Counted from the stretch's first letter, positions 1 through 10,218 are shown. The stretch is 64,000 nucleotides of DNA from Aurantibacter sp. (GCA_965215845.1 CBDCEL010000002.1:22954-86953), one strand, 5' to 3'. Numbers and translations are program-made. The notes: generated by a model not told the origin, from the letters alone.

Positions 1-2
1 TT

Positions 3-458
3 TTTAAAGAAGAGAATTGGGAAAATAGATTGGCACAAACGGCCTCTTATTTATACAATAGACTCGAGGATATCGAGGATTACAAAAAATCAAAAGATGA
101 CTTAGAAAATGAAAAGGTTAATTTCACAAGTGCTAAGCATAAAGAACAATATATTGAAAGTCTAAAGGAGAAGGAAATTAAAGCAAAGAAAGCTTCAAAA
201 ATAATCTCCAATATAAGTAAGAAAGCAAGGAGCGATGGAAATGTGCAAAAGCTATATCAGCATATTGTAGGGGACAAAGAACTGAGTGTTGATGAAGGAA
301 TTCAGATTCCAAAAATAGTCTTCGACCCACCTACATTTAATAAGCTGACGGATTCCCAAACCGAAGTGGTCAGGGAAATTTTTGGAATCATTGATGACGT
401 GCTTTCCTCCAAGGATGCCGAAAAATTGAAAAAGAGAATTCTTGACCGATTTAACTAA
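3..458 (+). CDS. C-terminal part of a hypothetical Lys/Glu-rich protein; the frame is open to the window edge
   Basis: The frame of the 30..458 ORF has no in-frame stop back to nt 3. Its TAA (456-458) directly abuts the ATG (459) of the next gene. Confidence 0.5.
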   Translation, partial: FKEENWENRLAQTASYLYNRLEDIEDYKKSKDDLENEKVNFTSAKHKEQYIESLKEKEIKAKKASKIISNISKKARSDGNVQKLYQHIVGDKELSVDEGIQIPKIVFDPPTFNKLTDSQTEVVREIFGIIDDVLSSKDAEKLKKRILDRFN

Positions 459-2396
459 ATGAGAAAGATATTATTACTGGAACCTAACTATAATAACAAA
501 TACCCTCCGATAGGTTTGATGAAGTTGGCGACCTATCATCGGATGCTTGGAGATGAGGTTACATTTTACAAAGGTGAGATGAAACAATTTGTGGTGGACC
601 AAATCTATCAGGATTGCTTAGAGAAGATTACTAAAATCCAACCCGATGTGGTATGGTACCACTATGAAAAGGAAATCAAATTTTACATAAAGACTAAAAG
701 GAAAGCCATTCTTGCCCAATTGAGTGATTATTCAACCAAAGATGAACTGACCCAAGTCTTTAATTGGGCTTCACATTATTACAGGAAAAAAAAATATCAA
801 GAGGAACCAAAATGGGATCGGGTTTTCGTCACGACTTTGTTTACGTTTTATTGGAAAAAAACGGTTGAAACTATTCATTTCGCTAAGGTTTTAGTCAAGG
901 ATACCAAGGACCTAATGGTTGGAGGTGTTATGGCTTCTTTGTTAACAGACGAAATCGAAGAGGAAACCGGGATTAAACCTTTCAAAGGTTTACTTGACAA
1001 ACCGGGCATCTTGGATGATAACCATATTATTATTGATGATCTCCCCTTGGATTATTCCATTTTGGACGAAGTGGATTATAATTACCCTACTGGAAGTGCT
1101 TATTTCACCTTTATGACCAAGGGGTGCACCAGAAAATGTGCATTTTGTTCCGTTCCGATTTTGGAGCCTATTTATAAAGAAAAGGTGGAGACTATCGACA
1201 AGTTCGATGACATTCGTAATCGTTATGGGGAGCAGCAGCATTTGTTGCTGATGGACAACAACGTTCTTGCTTCGCCTAAATTTTCCGAAATAATAGATGA
1301 AATTAAGGAAATGGGATTTTATAATGGTGCCACATATGTTGAGCCTAACCAATATGAAATAGCCATCAAGAACTTAAAGGAAGGATATAATGATAAGGCA
1401 TTTACAAATAGAATATATGGTCTTTTATGGGAGCTAAGGAGGAAGAGAGTGCGGCGATATTCAAAGGTAATTTCGGAATTGGATGCTATTTTTTCGGAAT
1501 ATCAACTACTGGATAAACGAGGGGTGACCAAAGCGAACCTTTTGAATTCTTATAATTCAATATCCCCGCTTTATGAAAAGTACAGGGACAAATCTCCTAA
1601 GCGAAGATACGTTGACTTTAATCAAGGTACAGATGCACGTTATGTGACAGAGGAATTGATGAAGAAAATGAGTGAAATTCCTATTCACCCATTAAGAATA
1701 GCCTTCGACTATATTGGAATGCGAAAGCAGTACACTTCCGCCGTACGTTTGGCCGCAAAATATGGTATAAAAAAACTATCCAATTATTTACTTTATAATT
1801 TTAAAGATAAGCCCGAAGATCTTTATAATCGTATGTTAATTAACATCGATTTGGCCGAGGAACTGAATCTGCACATATTCTCGTTTCCAATGAAGTACAT
1901 TCCTCTTTTTGGTGAAGATGCCAAAAGTCGAGACTATCTGGGAAAACATTGGAACAAAAAGTTTATCCGTGCCATTCAGTCAGTATTGAATGTTTCAAAA
2001 GGAATCGTCGCTTCTGGACGCTCTTTTTTTGAAAGAGCTTTTGGAAAGGATTTGGATGAATTCCATGAACTCTTGTATATGCCGGAAACCTATATCGTCT
2101 ATCGAAAGGTTTTCGATGAGACCAATCTTTCCGGGATATGGCGAAAAGAGTTTCGTGCGATTCGAAATTCAGGTCTATGGGATGAAACTAGGGAGATTTT
2201 GGAAAAGAGCGATTTCAGCGATATAGATAGCCTAACTTCGAATCGAGACATTAAGGCATTCTTAGGGCACTATATTATAAGCCGAAAGGATGTAAAGGAA
2301 CAGGATGTTGAAATTAAACGGATAAGAAAAAGATTCAATAATCTGATAAGAAATGATAGGTTCGTGGAACTTACGCTGACCTATGATTTTGAATAG
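459..2396 (+). CDS. Radical SAM protein with an N-terminal B12-binding-like domain (645 aa)
   Basis: CxxxCxxC cluster motif in GCTRKCAFCSVP. N-terminus ILLLEPNYNNKYPPIGLMKLATYHRMLGDEVTFY resembles the cobalamin-binding domain of class B radical SAM enzymes. Confidence 0.8.
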   Translation: MRKILLLEPNYNNKYPPIGLMKLATYHRMLGDEVTFYKGEMKQFVVDQIYQDCLEKITKIQPDVVWYHYEKEIKFYIKTKRKAILAQLSDYSTKDELTQVFNWASHYYRKKKYQEEPKWDRVFVTTLFTFYWKKTVETIHFAKVLVKDTKDLMVGGVMASLLTDEIEEETGIKPFKGLLDKPGILDDNHIIIDDLPLDYSILDEVDYNYPTGSAYFTFMTKGCTRKCAFCSVPILEPIYKEKVETIDKFDDIRNRYGEQQHLLLMDNNVLASPKFSEIIDEIKEMGFYNGATYVEPNQYEIAIKNLKEGYNDKAFTNRIYGLLWELRRKRVRRYSKVISELDAIFSEYQLLDKRGVTKANLLNSYNSISPLYEKYRDKSPKRRYVDFNQGTDARYVTEELMKKMSEIPIHPLRIAFDYIGMRKQYTSAVRLAAKYGIKKLSNYLLYNFKDKPEDLYNRMLINIDLAEELNLHIFSFPMKYIPLFGEDAKSRDYLGKHWNKKFIRAIQSVLNVSKGIVASGRSFFERAFGKDLDEFHELLYMPETYIVYRKVFDETNLSGIWRKEFRAIRNSGLWDETREILEKSDFSDIDSLTSNRDIKAFLGHYIISRKDVKEQDVEIKRIRKRFNNLIRNDRFVELTLTYDFE

Positions 2397-2406
2397 ACCT
2401 GCTTAT

Positions 2407-3633
2407 TTAAAGATGGCCGAATAATCGGTTCATTTCCGTTGCTTCTTCCTTATGATAAAAATCTTTTAAGTAATGTTGAGTGGTGGACAACTTTGTGTGG
2501 CCCAAGAGTTTGGATATCATCAAAATACCAGTTTCATTTTTAACCGCAAAATCAGCAAAGGAATGCTTGGCCATATGCATATTCACCCATTTTTTTATTC
2601 CAGCTTTTTCGCAAGCGTTCCGTAAAGCGCGATTTGTTGCATTGTTTGCAATATACAGTTTGTGTTCTATTTCAACGATGCTTTTACCCTCCATACCATA
2701 TAAGGGTGGGAATACATAGGTGCTGTTTTTTCCTTTGTATCTATTGAGAATAACATGGGCCTTGGGAGTTAATGGAAGTATCCTTTTTGAACCCGCTCGG
2801 GCTCTCGACTTTTGCATAGTATAAACTATCTCGTCGCCAACTATGTTTTCCCATTTCAGTCTGCAAACGTCAGAGAACCTCATTCCTGCAGTATAAAACG
2901 AGAAAAGAAACATATCCCTGGCCTTGGACATTCCCTTGAACCTTGATGGGATTTCTAAATTGGAAAGTTTGTTGATTTCTTCATAAGTCAATGAATCTTT
3001 TTGTGTGTTTTCGGTCGTAATCTCATACCCCTTGATAGGGTTTTGTTTTAATATACCCATCTTAACCGCTTTGTTCAGGACAGAGTACATTGACTTAAAG
3101 TTCGAAGCTACAGTGTTCACCTTGTTACCTTTTTCAAGCATCCATTTTTCGTAGTCTTTTGCAAATTGCACCGACAAATCTGCGAAGGAAATGTGACTGG
3201 AAAACTTTTCTAATTTCTCTATATATTTCTGTTGGGTGTTGGCCGTCCGCACCTTTCCTTTTAATCTGGCCTCGTTGACAATCTGTTTGTAAAAATCCAA
3301 AAAGGAACTGGAATCATACTTTTTATTGTTTTTGTAAAGGAATAACAAACGTTTGGCCGAAATTCCTTTATTATCGTAGTACAATTTCTGAACGGAAACC
3401 AAAAGAGATTCCAAACTAGAGTTGAGTTTTTCCTCAAGAGGGTGTCTTTTGACCCGTTTTTTCCTGTCGTCCCATTGAATCTTTTTAACGGAAACATCAG
3501 AATCCAAATATTGGATGTCATTTTTTGAGGTCTCCATTTTCAACCTCACAGTCAAGGTGCCGTTTTTTTTGGTATAATGGGAGAGATAATAATTGAAATT
3601 CATTTGTTCGTTATTTGTTCGGAATATGAACAA
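2407..3633 (-). CDS. Tyrosine recombinase/integrase (Bacteroidetes type); the true start is probably the ATG at 3603
   Basis: C-terminal catalytic region has MRFSDVCRLKW, HMAKHSFA and LLGHTKLSTTQHY (R, HxxR, Y). A SAM-like N-terminal domain is present. Confidence 0.9.
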   Translation of the reverse strand: MFIFRTNNEQMNFNYYLSHYTKKNGTLTVRLKMETSKNDIQYLDSDVSVKKIQWDDRKKRVKRHPLEEKLNSSLESLLVSVQKLYYDNKGISAKRLLFLYKNNKKYDSSSFLDFYKQIVNEARLKGKVRTANTQQKYIEKLEKFSSHISFADLSVQFAKDYEKWMLEKGNKVNTVASNFKSMYSVLNKAVKMGILKQNPIKGYEITTENTQKDSLTYEEINKLSNLEIPSRFKGMSKARDMFLFSFYTAGMRFSDVCRLKWENIVGDEIVYTMQKSRARAGSKRILPLTPKAHVILNRYKGKNSTYVFPPLYGMEGKSIVEIEHKLYIANNATNRALRNACEKAGIKKWVNMHMAKHSFADFAVKNETGILMISKLLGHTKLSTTQHYLKDFYHKEEATEMNRLFGHL

Positions 3634-3717
3634 ATATAAACAAATATAAACGATTATAAAAAATTGATAACCTCAATAAAAATGGGGATATACGAATAAA
3701 TACGGGGCATGGGGCAA

Positions 3718-4428
3718 TTATTCCTTCATAGTATGATATACGTTCTGCACATCATCGTCCTCTTCGATTTTCTCCAATAGTTTTTCCACATCGGCCGTCT
3801 GTTCTTCGGTCAGTTGTTTCGTAACCTGTGGAATACGTTCAAATCCCGAGGACAGAATCTCAATGTTTCGATTTTCCAGCTCTTTTTGAATATCGCCAAA
3901 GCTACCGAAAGGGGCATAGATCAAAATCCCATCCTCATCTACAAAAACTTCCTCTGCCCCGAAATCGATCATGTCGAGTTCCAATTCCTCAGGGTCTATC
4001 CCCTCGGCGGGAATTCGAAAATTGCAGGTATGGTCGAACATAAATTCCACCGAGCCTGAAGTGCCTAAACTGCCATCACATTTGTTAAAATAGCTTCTGA
4101 TATTCGCAACGGTGCGCGTATTGTTATCCGTAGCCGTTTCTATCAAAATGGCAATTCCATGCGGAGCGTAGCCCTCAAAAAGAACTTCTTTATAATCGCC
4201 TTGACTTTTATCGGTGGCCCGTTTAATGGCACGCTCGATGTTGTCTTTGGGCATATTGACCGACTTCGCATTTTGAATGACCGCTCGCAATCGCGAATTT
4301 GAGTCCGGGTCCGGACCACCTTCCTTGACCGCAATAACAATATCTTTGCCGATTCTGGTAAACGCCTTTGACATGGCCGCCCAGCGCTTCATTTTTCGTG
4401 CCTTTCGAAATTCAAAAGCTCTTCCCAT
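3718..4428 (-). CDS. yebC: YebC/PmpR family DNA-binding transcriptional regulator
   Basis: Full-length match to the family pattern MGRAFEFRKARKMKRWAAMSKAFTRIGKDIVIAVKEGGPDPDSNSRLR. Confidence 0.93.
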   Translation of the reverse strand: MGRAFEFRKARKMKRWAAMSKAFTRIGKDIVIAVKEGGPDPDSNSRLRAVIQNAKSVNMPKDNIERAIKRATDKSQGDYKEVLFEGYAPHGIAILIETATDNNTRTVANIRSYFNKCDGSLGTSGSVEFMFDHTCNFRIPAEGIDPEELELDMIDFGAEEVFVDEDGILIYAPFGSFGDIQKELENRNIEILSSGFERIPQVTKQLTEEQTADVEKLLEKIEEDDDVQNVYHTMKE

Positions 4429-4535
4429 CCCTAGTTTGTGAATTGAACAAAGACAAATTTAAAAAAAAGTTCAAGCGCAGTCTCCAGTTCAAAAGCAAAT
4501 AGTTTTGATTATTTACAATTGCCGACTGTCACAAT

Positions 4536-4823
4536 TCATTGCCTACCGACGATATTCTCTATGGCAAGTGCCAACCGAAAATCATTGTCGGTCACACCCC
4601 CGGCATCATGGGTATTCAAGCGAATGTTCAGGGAATTGTAGACATTGTTCCAATCCGGGTGGTGTTTTTGTATTTCGCATTCAAAGGCGATCAGGGTCAT
4701 GATCGAGAAAGCTTCCCTAAAGTCTTTGAATTGAAATGAGGTCTCAATGGCCCCGTTGGTATATTCCCATCCTTCCAATTTATCAAGTCTTTCCTCTATG
4801 GCCCTTTCCGTTAACTTTTCCAT
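4536..4823 (-). CDS. phhB: Pterin-4-alpha-carbinolamine dehydratase
   Basis: 95 aa with HHPDWNNVYN...THDAGGVTDND, characteristic of PCD/DCoH. Confidence 0.88.
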   Translation of the reverse strand: MEKLTERAIEERLDKLEGWEYTNGAIETSFQFKDFREAFSIMTLIAFECEIQKHHPDWNNVYNSLNIRLNTHDAGGVTDNDFRLALAIENIVGRQ

Positions 4824-4901
4824 TATTTTGAAGCTTTGGTTTCATTCCCGCAGGTGGGAATCCATTTTAATTCCTAAAGATAGGTAAGCTGAAGGAGTTC
4901 T

Positions 4902-5723
4902 TCAACCCATAATATGGTGCTCGATGATGTCTTGGCTCTTCACCCGTAAATTTTTAGGAAGCTTGTTGTCTCTGGGCAAGACGGCCAAATAACGTTCATC
5001 ATTTGTAGTAAACACCCTTTTATAGATAGGGTTGAAGTTACCGATGCGGTCTACGATTTCCATGACAAAATCTTCATGATGTACTAAATCTTCACTGCCG
5101 AGATGAAATATTCCGCTTTTGTTTCGATTGATAAGGTAGTGTATCTGCTGGGTCAATTTATCGTCATTGGTCACGTTCATGATCAGGTTCGGAAATACCT
5201 CCACAGGTTCATTGTTCCAAATAAACTGTTTGATTTCCTTTATTCTTGGAGAGCCATTGCCAAAGACCATGGGCACCCTCAAAATGGCCGTTTTCTTCTT
5301 CGGGAGGCGCATCAACATATTTTCGATTTTTATTTTCAAACGCCCATAAACACTTTCAGACAAGGTCTTGTCATTTTCATAAGAGGGATATTTGCTATAA
5401 GCGTCGAAAACATTGGCCGAGGAAAGGAAAAACAGCCTACAATCGTTTTTTGAGACGTATTCCACCAAGTGTTGATGTGCCTGTACTTGCGCGGCGAAAT
5501 TTCCTCTTAACGCAGAAATAATAATTTGCGGGCTAATTTTTTCCAACAACTGAAAAACGTCATCTTCTTGCATATCATACCGAGAGAATTGATGGTTTTC
5601 CTCGAAGGCCTTGCGGGCGGTGAAGTACGTGCCGTAAGTATCAAAGTAATTACAGAGTTCTTTGTAGATGGCATTGCCCAGAAAACCGCTTCCCCCTAAA
5701 ATGAGAATCTTTTTGTTTTCCAT
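4902..5723 (-). CDS. NAD(P)-binding sugar-nucleotide reductase/epimerase-like protein (RmlD substrate-binding family-like)
   Basis: N-terminal Rossmann motif KILILGGSGFLGNAIY; about 270 aa. Confidence 0.65.
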   Translation of the reverse strand: MENKKILILGGSGFLGNAIYKELCNYFDTYGTYFTARKAFEENHQFSRYDMQEDDVFQLLEKISPQIIISALRGNFAAQVQAHQHLVEYVSKNDCRLFFLSSANVFDAYSKYPSYENDKTLSESVYGRLKIKIENMLMRLPKKKTAILRVPMVFGNGSPRIKEIKQFIWNNEPVEVFPNLIMNVTNDDKLTQQIHYLINRNKSGIFHLGSEDLVHHEDFVMEIVDRIGNFNPIYKRVFTTNDERYLAVLPRDNKLPKNLRVKSQDIIEHHIMG

Positions 5724-5724
5724 A

Positions 5725-6639
5725 TTAAAATATGGATAAACCCGATTGGGTCGTTAAACTTTCCAGGGCGGCCATGCCCAATTTTGAGTTGCCTTTTTCA
5801 TTGAGGCCGGGTGACCAGGTGGCAACACAGAATTTTTCAGGTAACAGGGCCACAATTCCACCGCCGACCCCACTCTTTCCGGGCAGGCCTACTTCGAATG
5901 CAAATTCCCCGGCCTCATCATAAAACCCGCATGTAAGCATGAGGGCATTTATTCTTTTTATCTGGCCTAGGGTCAAATATTTTTTCCCCCTGCTGCACCT
6001 TCCCCGATTTATGAAGAGAAAGAAGGTCTTGCTCAATTGTGAACAACTCATACGCAGGGAGCATTGATGAAAGTAGAAATCTAAGACCTCTTCCACATCA
6101 TTTTTCAAATTGCCATATGACTTGAGCAAATTGGCCGCTGCATAGTTCTTAAAACCGGTTGCCCTTTCAGATCGGGCCACCTGCACATCATAATCGATCG
6201 ATTTGTCGCCTGCCAATTCTTGAACGTACGACAGAAATTGTTTTTTGCTATTTTTCAGTTCGGTCACCAGAACGTCGGCGACTACAATCGCCCCGGCATT
6301 GATCAGTGGATTCCTGGGGATACCGCTCTCTTGCTCCAACAGCGACAAATGATTGAAAGGGTCACCCGAGGGTTCGACATGCACCCGTTCCCATAGGGCC
6401 TCACCGACAAGGTCAAGTGCCATGGAAAGTGACAGCACCTTTGATATACTTTGTATGGAAAAAGGTTCTGCGAAGTCACCAACGGCGTATTCTTTTTGGT
6501 CGATATCAATAAGATGAATTCCGAACTTGTTACAGTCTACTTGTGCCAATTGAGGTATATACGACGCGACCTCACCTTTATTCGGTTCATTTTTGAGATA
6601 CATGTAAACCGATTCGATAATGTGTTGAAAATCATACAT
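5725..6639 (-). CDS. glsA: Glutaminase A
   Basis: FSIQSISKVLSLSMAL serine-lysine active-site motif and LPGKSGVGGGIVA near the C-terminus. Confidence 0.9.
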   Translation of the reverse strand: MYDFQHIIESVYMYLKNEPNKGEVASYIPQLAQVDCNKFGIHLIDIDQKEYAVGDFAEPFSIQSISKVLSLSMALDLVGEALWERVHVEPSGDPFNHLSLLEQESGIPRNPLINAGAIVVADVLVTELKNSKKQFLSYVQELAGDKSIDYDVQVARSERATGFKNYAAANLLKSYGNLKNDVEEVLDFYFHQCSLRMSCSQLSKTFFLFINRGRCSRGKKYLTLGQIKRINALMLTCGFYDEAGEFAFEVGLPGKSGVGGGIVALLPEKFCVATWSPGLNEKGNSKLGMAALESLTTQSGLSIF

Positions 6640-6641
6640 CC

Positions 6642-7724
6642 CTATTTATAAAAAGGAAGTTTGACCACCGTTGCGGGTACCGCATTTTTGCGGATCTGTA
6701 TATTGATTTTGCTGCCCACATCCGAAAAAATGGGAGGTACATAGCCCAATCCAATGCCTTTGCCCAGCGAAGGCGACATGGTTCCCGAGGTAACGACGCC
6801 GATTTTTTTGCCTTGGCCGTCTACGATGTCATAAGCTTGACGAGGAATGCCGCGGTCGTCCAATTCGAAGGCGATCAACTTTCTTTCAAGCCCCCTTGCC
6901 TTTTCTTTTTCTAGTTCCTCACGGTTTACAAAATCCTTTGAGAATTTGGTTATCCAGCCCAGGCCAGCCTCAAAAGGAGAGGTGGTATCATCGATATCGT
7001 TGCCATACAGGCAATACCCCATTTCAAGGCGTAACGTATCACGCGCCGCCAATCCGATAGGTTTTATTCCGTAGTTGGCACCCGCCTCCAGAACCTTGTC
7101 CCACACTTGTTTTACTTCCTCGTTCTTGCAGTAGATTTCGAATCCGCCCGATCCGGTATATCCGGTTGCGGAAATGATGACGTGCTCGATTCCGGCAAAA
7201 TCGGCCACCACGAAATTGTAGAATTTTATTTCGGCCAAATCGACCGAGGAAAGTGATTGCATTGCCTCCACCGCTTTCGGGCCTTGAATGGCCAGTAACG
7301 AATAATTCTCCGAAAGGTCTCGCATTTCTGCCGCGAACTCATCATTGTATTTCGAAATATGCTCCCAATCTTTTTGAATGTTCGAGGCATTGACCACCAA
7401 TAAGTATTGTTCTTCCTTAATGCGATAAACGATAAGGTCGTCCACGATTCCGCCAGTTTCGTTGGGCAGACAACTATACTGTGCCTTGCCGATCGTCAAT
7501 TTTGAGGCATCGTTGGAGGTTACTTTTTGGATGAGATCCAAAGCAGTCGGACCGCTGATCAAAAACTCGCCCATGTGGGAGACATCGAAGACACCTACCG
7601 CGTTGCGAACGGTCTCATGTTCAACATTTACACCCTCATACGAAACGGGCATATTATATCCTGCAAAGGGAACCATTTTAGCGCCAAGAGCTTCATGGGT
7701 TTTTGACAGAGCGGTATCTTTCAT
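6642..7724 (-). CDS. gcvT: Glycine cleavage system aminomethyltransferase (T protein)
   Basis: 360 aa with [26 protein letters not shown]...[10 protein letters not shown], typical of GcvT. Confidence 0.95.
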   Translation of the reverse strand: MKDTALSKTHEALGAKMVPFAGYNMPVSYEGVNVEHETVRNAVGVFDVSHMGEFLISGPTALDLIQKVTSNDASKLTIGKAQYSCLPNETGGIVDDLIVYRIKEEQYLLVVNASNIQKDWEHISKYNDEFAAEMRDLSENYSLLAIQGPKAVEAMQSLSSVDLAEIKFYNFVVADFAGIEHVIISATGYTGSGGFEIYCKNEEVKQVWDKVLEAGANYGIKPIGLAARDTLRLEMGYCLYGNDIDDTTSPFEAGLGWITKFSKDFVNREELEKEKARGLERKLIAFELDDRGIPRQAYDIVDGQGKKIGVVTSGTMSPSLGKGIGLGYVPPIFSDVGSKINIQIRKNAVPATVVKLPFYK

Positions 7725-7814
7725 GGTACTGAATTTAACTGCGCAAAGCTAGAGAATAAATGAAGGATGTGAAAATATGGCGACCTAATTCTATGTCAAA
7801 TTTTAGATGGTGAC

Positions 7815-9116
7815 CTAGTGAGTGCCATCCAGCAGATAACTCTTTAATCCCGCATATGATTTAATGTGGATCGACTCCTTTTTTTTGTCCATCACTTTTT
7901 GTATTTGGAGTGGAAGTTCTAATTTTTGGCCAATGGTTTCTTCGACGACATCCAAGAACTTTACCGGATGTGCAGTTTCCAAAAAGATGCCGTAGCGATC
8001 GGGATGGTTTTCGAGATATTCCTTTAGTCCCAAATAACCGACTGCCCCATGTGGATCACAGATATAGCCTGAATTTTTATGGATTTTGAGCATCGCATTT
8101 TTTGTTTCTTCATCCGTGTATGAATAGGAAGAAAGATGCTGTTTCAATAGTTCGAAATCATCTTGAAACAAATGTCGGATCCTGATAAAATTACTGGGGT
8201 CTCCGACATCCATGGCATTAGAGATTGTTGCTGTTGAAGGCTTTGGTATGTATTTCTTGGTACGCATGAATTCAGGAACGGTGGCATTGACATTGGTCGA
8301 AGCAATAAAATGCCCCGTGGGCATGCCCAAACGTTGTGCGACCATACCCGCACAGATATTTCCGAAGTTCCCGGAAGGCACAGAGAAGACAACTTCCTTT
8401 TCTTTTGATTTGACCTGTTTATAGGCAAAAAGAAAGTAGAACAACTGCGGCAACCAACGTGCGACGTTAATGGAGTTGGCCGATGTCAATTTCATTTTGG
8501 CCAAAAGTTCTTCATCCAAAAAAGCGGTCTTTACCATTTTTTGACAATCGTCAAAGGTGCCATCGACCTCAAGGGCGGTAATGTTTTCGCCCAAGGTGGT
8601 CAATTGCCGTTCTTGAATATCACTGACTTTTCCGCTGGGGTAAAGAATGACCACGTTGACCCCATCTACACCCAAAAACCCGTTTGCGACCGCCCCGCCG
8701 GTATCGCCCGAAGTCGCTACAAGAACGGTGACATTATCCTTTTTTCCTTTGGAAAAATAACCCAGACAATTGGCCATAAAACGGGCGCCCACATCTTTGA
8801 AGGCCATTGTAGGGCCATGAAAAAGTTCCAGGGTGCCAATATGTTCCTCTATTGCCACAACGGGAAATTCAAAATCCAGTGTTTTGACAAGAATCTCTCT
8901 TAATTTCTCATTCGGAATGTCGTCGGAAACAAATTGATGGATCGCATTGAACGCAATCTCATGATTTGAAAGATTTTCGATTCGTTCAAAGAAACTTTTT
9001 GGAAGCGGCTCGATATCTTCTGGGAAATACAATCCCCGGTCAGGGGCAATTCCTGCAATGACCGCATCTTTAAAAGGTACTTTTGGTGCTTGATTGTTAA
9101 GGCTGTAGAAGTTCAT
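7815..9116 (-). CDS. thrC: Threonine synthase
   Basis: PLP lysine motif GPTMAFKDVGARF. Last gene of the thrA-thrB-thrC array. Confidence 0.95.
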   Translation of the reverse strand: MNFYSLNNQAPKVPFKDAVIAGIAPDRGLYFPEDIEPLPKSFFERIENLSNHEIAFNAIHQFVSDDIPNEKLREILVKTLDFEFPVVAIEEHIGTLELFHGPTMAFKDVGARFMANCLGYFSKGKKDNVTVLVATSGDTGGAVANGFLGVDGVNVVILYPSGKVSDIQERQLTTLGENITALEVDGTFDDCQKMVKTAFLDEELLAKMKLTSANSINVARWLPQLFYFLFAYKQVKSKEKEVVFSVPSGNFGNICAGMVAQRLGMPTGHFIASTNVNATVPEFMRTKKYIPKPSTATISNAMDVGDPSNFIRIRHLFQDDFELLKQHLSSYSYTDEETKNAMLKIHKNSGYICDPHGAVGYLGLKEYLENHPDRYGIFLETAHPVKFLDVVEETIGQKLELPLQIQKVMDKKKESIHIKSYAGLKSYLLDGTH

Positions 9117-9270
9117 CCATTGTTAAATTTTAAGGCTTCCCCTCCTCAAATGATGAAGGGAATGAATCCCGACTTTTTTGTCGGGAGAAAGGGGTGGTTG
9201 ATTTTTCAACCCCTCCGCCCTTGATTTAAGGGTCAAGGTCACCTTCGCTCAACCAAGGGGAGAAGCCCCC

Positions 9271-10218
9271 TTATTTTGAAATATTTCGAATACCGACGGT
9301 ATTGATTCCCGAAACATGAACATCGTAACCTATACCAACGTTTTTATATACCTCTTTCATAGTCCGGGCAACTTTTTTCGCAGTATCAATCCCTCTGCTA
9401 AACGCGAAAATTGAAGGCCCAGAACCCGAAATACCGCATCCCAAGGCTCCGGCTTTCATGGCTTCGGATTTTACGGTACCGAAACCGGGAATCAGGATCG
9501 ACCGAATGGGCTCAACGATATGATCTTCCAAAGACCTTCCGATCAAGTCATAGTCGTCGCTAAATAGTCCAGCTACCAGACCGCCGACATTGCCCCATTG
9601 CTTTATGCCTTGGGCCAAGGTAATCTTGGTGCGCAAAACACTTCTTGAATCCGAGGTCTTTACCTCGATTTGGGGATGGATCACCGTGGCATGCAATTCA
9701 TCAGGACTTGGAATCGGGATTACGTCAAGGGGTTCATAGCTTCTTACCAGAGTAAAGCCGCCGAATAGGGCCGGGGCCACATTGTCGGCATGGGCCACAC
9801 CACTTGCCAAACGTTCGCCTTGCATGGCAAATTTGACCAAATCCAATTTTGAGAATGGTCGCCCCAATAATTCATTTATTGCCCAGACGGCACCGGCTGA
9901 ACTGGCCGCACTACTGCCAATACCGCTGCCGGCCTTGATTTTTTTATGGATTTCGATTTCAAAGCCCAGTGGTCTACCATCAAATTCTTCCATTAACGCC
10001 AAGGCAGCCACACCGGCTACATTTTTTTTGGTTTCAAAGGGAAGGTTTTGCCCTGTAATCTTGTTGATTCGAATTCCCTTCTCAGGAACTTTGCGAACAA
10101 TCATTTCATCACCAACAGAATCTAGGGCCACACCCAACACATCAAATCCGCAAGAGATGTTGGCGATTGTCGCAGGGCAAAAAACTTTGATTTCATTCAT
10201 GGCTTCAGGCTTAGGCAA
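9271..10218 (-). CDS. thrB: Homoserine kinase (start possibly at the internal Met, 10200)
   Basis: GHMP kinase motif KIKAGSGIGSSAASSAGAV. Lies between thrA and thrC. Confidence 0.95.
   Translation of the reverse strand: MPKPEAMNEIKVFCPATIANISCGFDVLGVALDSVGDEMIVRKVPEKGIRINKITGQNLPFETKKNVAGVAALALMEEFDGRPLGFEIEIHKKIKAGSGIGSSAASSAGAVWAINELLGRPFSKLDLVKFAMQGERLASGVAHADNVAPALFGGFTLVRSYEPLDVIPIPSPDELHATVIHPQIEVKTSDSRSVLRTKITLAQGIKQWGNVGGLVAGLFSDDYDLIGRSLEDHIVEPIRSILIPGFGTVKSEAMKAGALGCGISGSGPSIFAFSRGIDTAKKVARTMKEVYKNVGIGYDVHVSGINTVGIRNISK

Larger units (their letters stand above)
1..3717. mobile_element. Right end of an integrase-bounded genomic island (partial; continues left of the window)
   Basis: A tyrosine integrase at 2407..3633 sits next to two cargo genes (partial ORF and radical-SAM gene). 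Housekeeping yebC follows directly. The exact att site was not identified. Confidence 0.5.

Noticed and set aside
7725-7814. Possible glycine riboswitch upstream of gcvT.
   Set aside because: The spacer is only 90 nt and lacks the conserved glycine-aptamer core sequences. Only an imperfect direct repeat (AGGTCACCAT / AGGTCGCCAT on the gene strand) is present.
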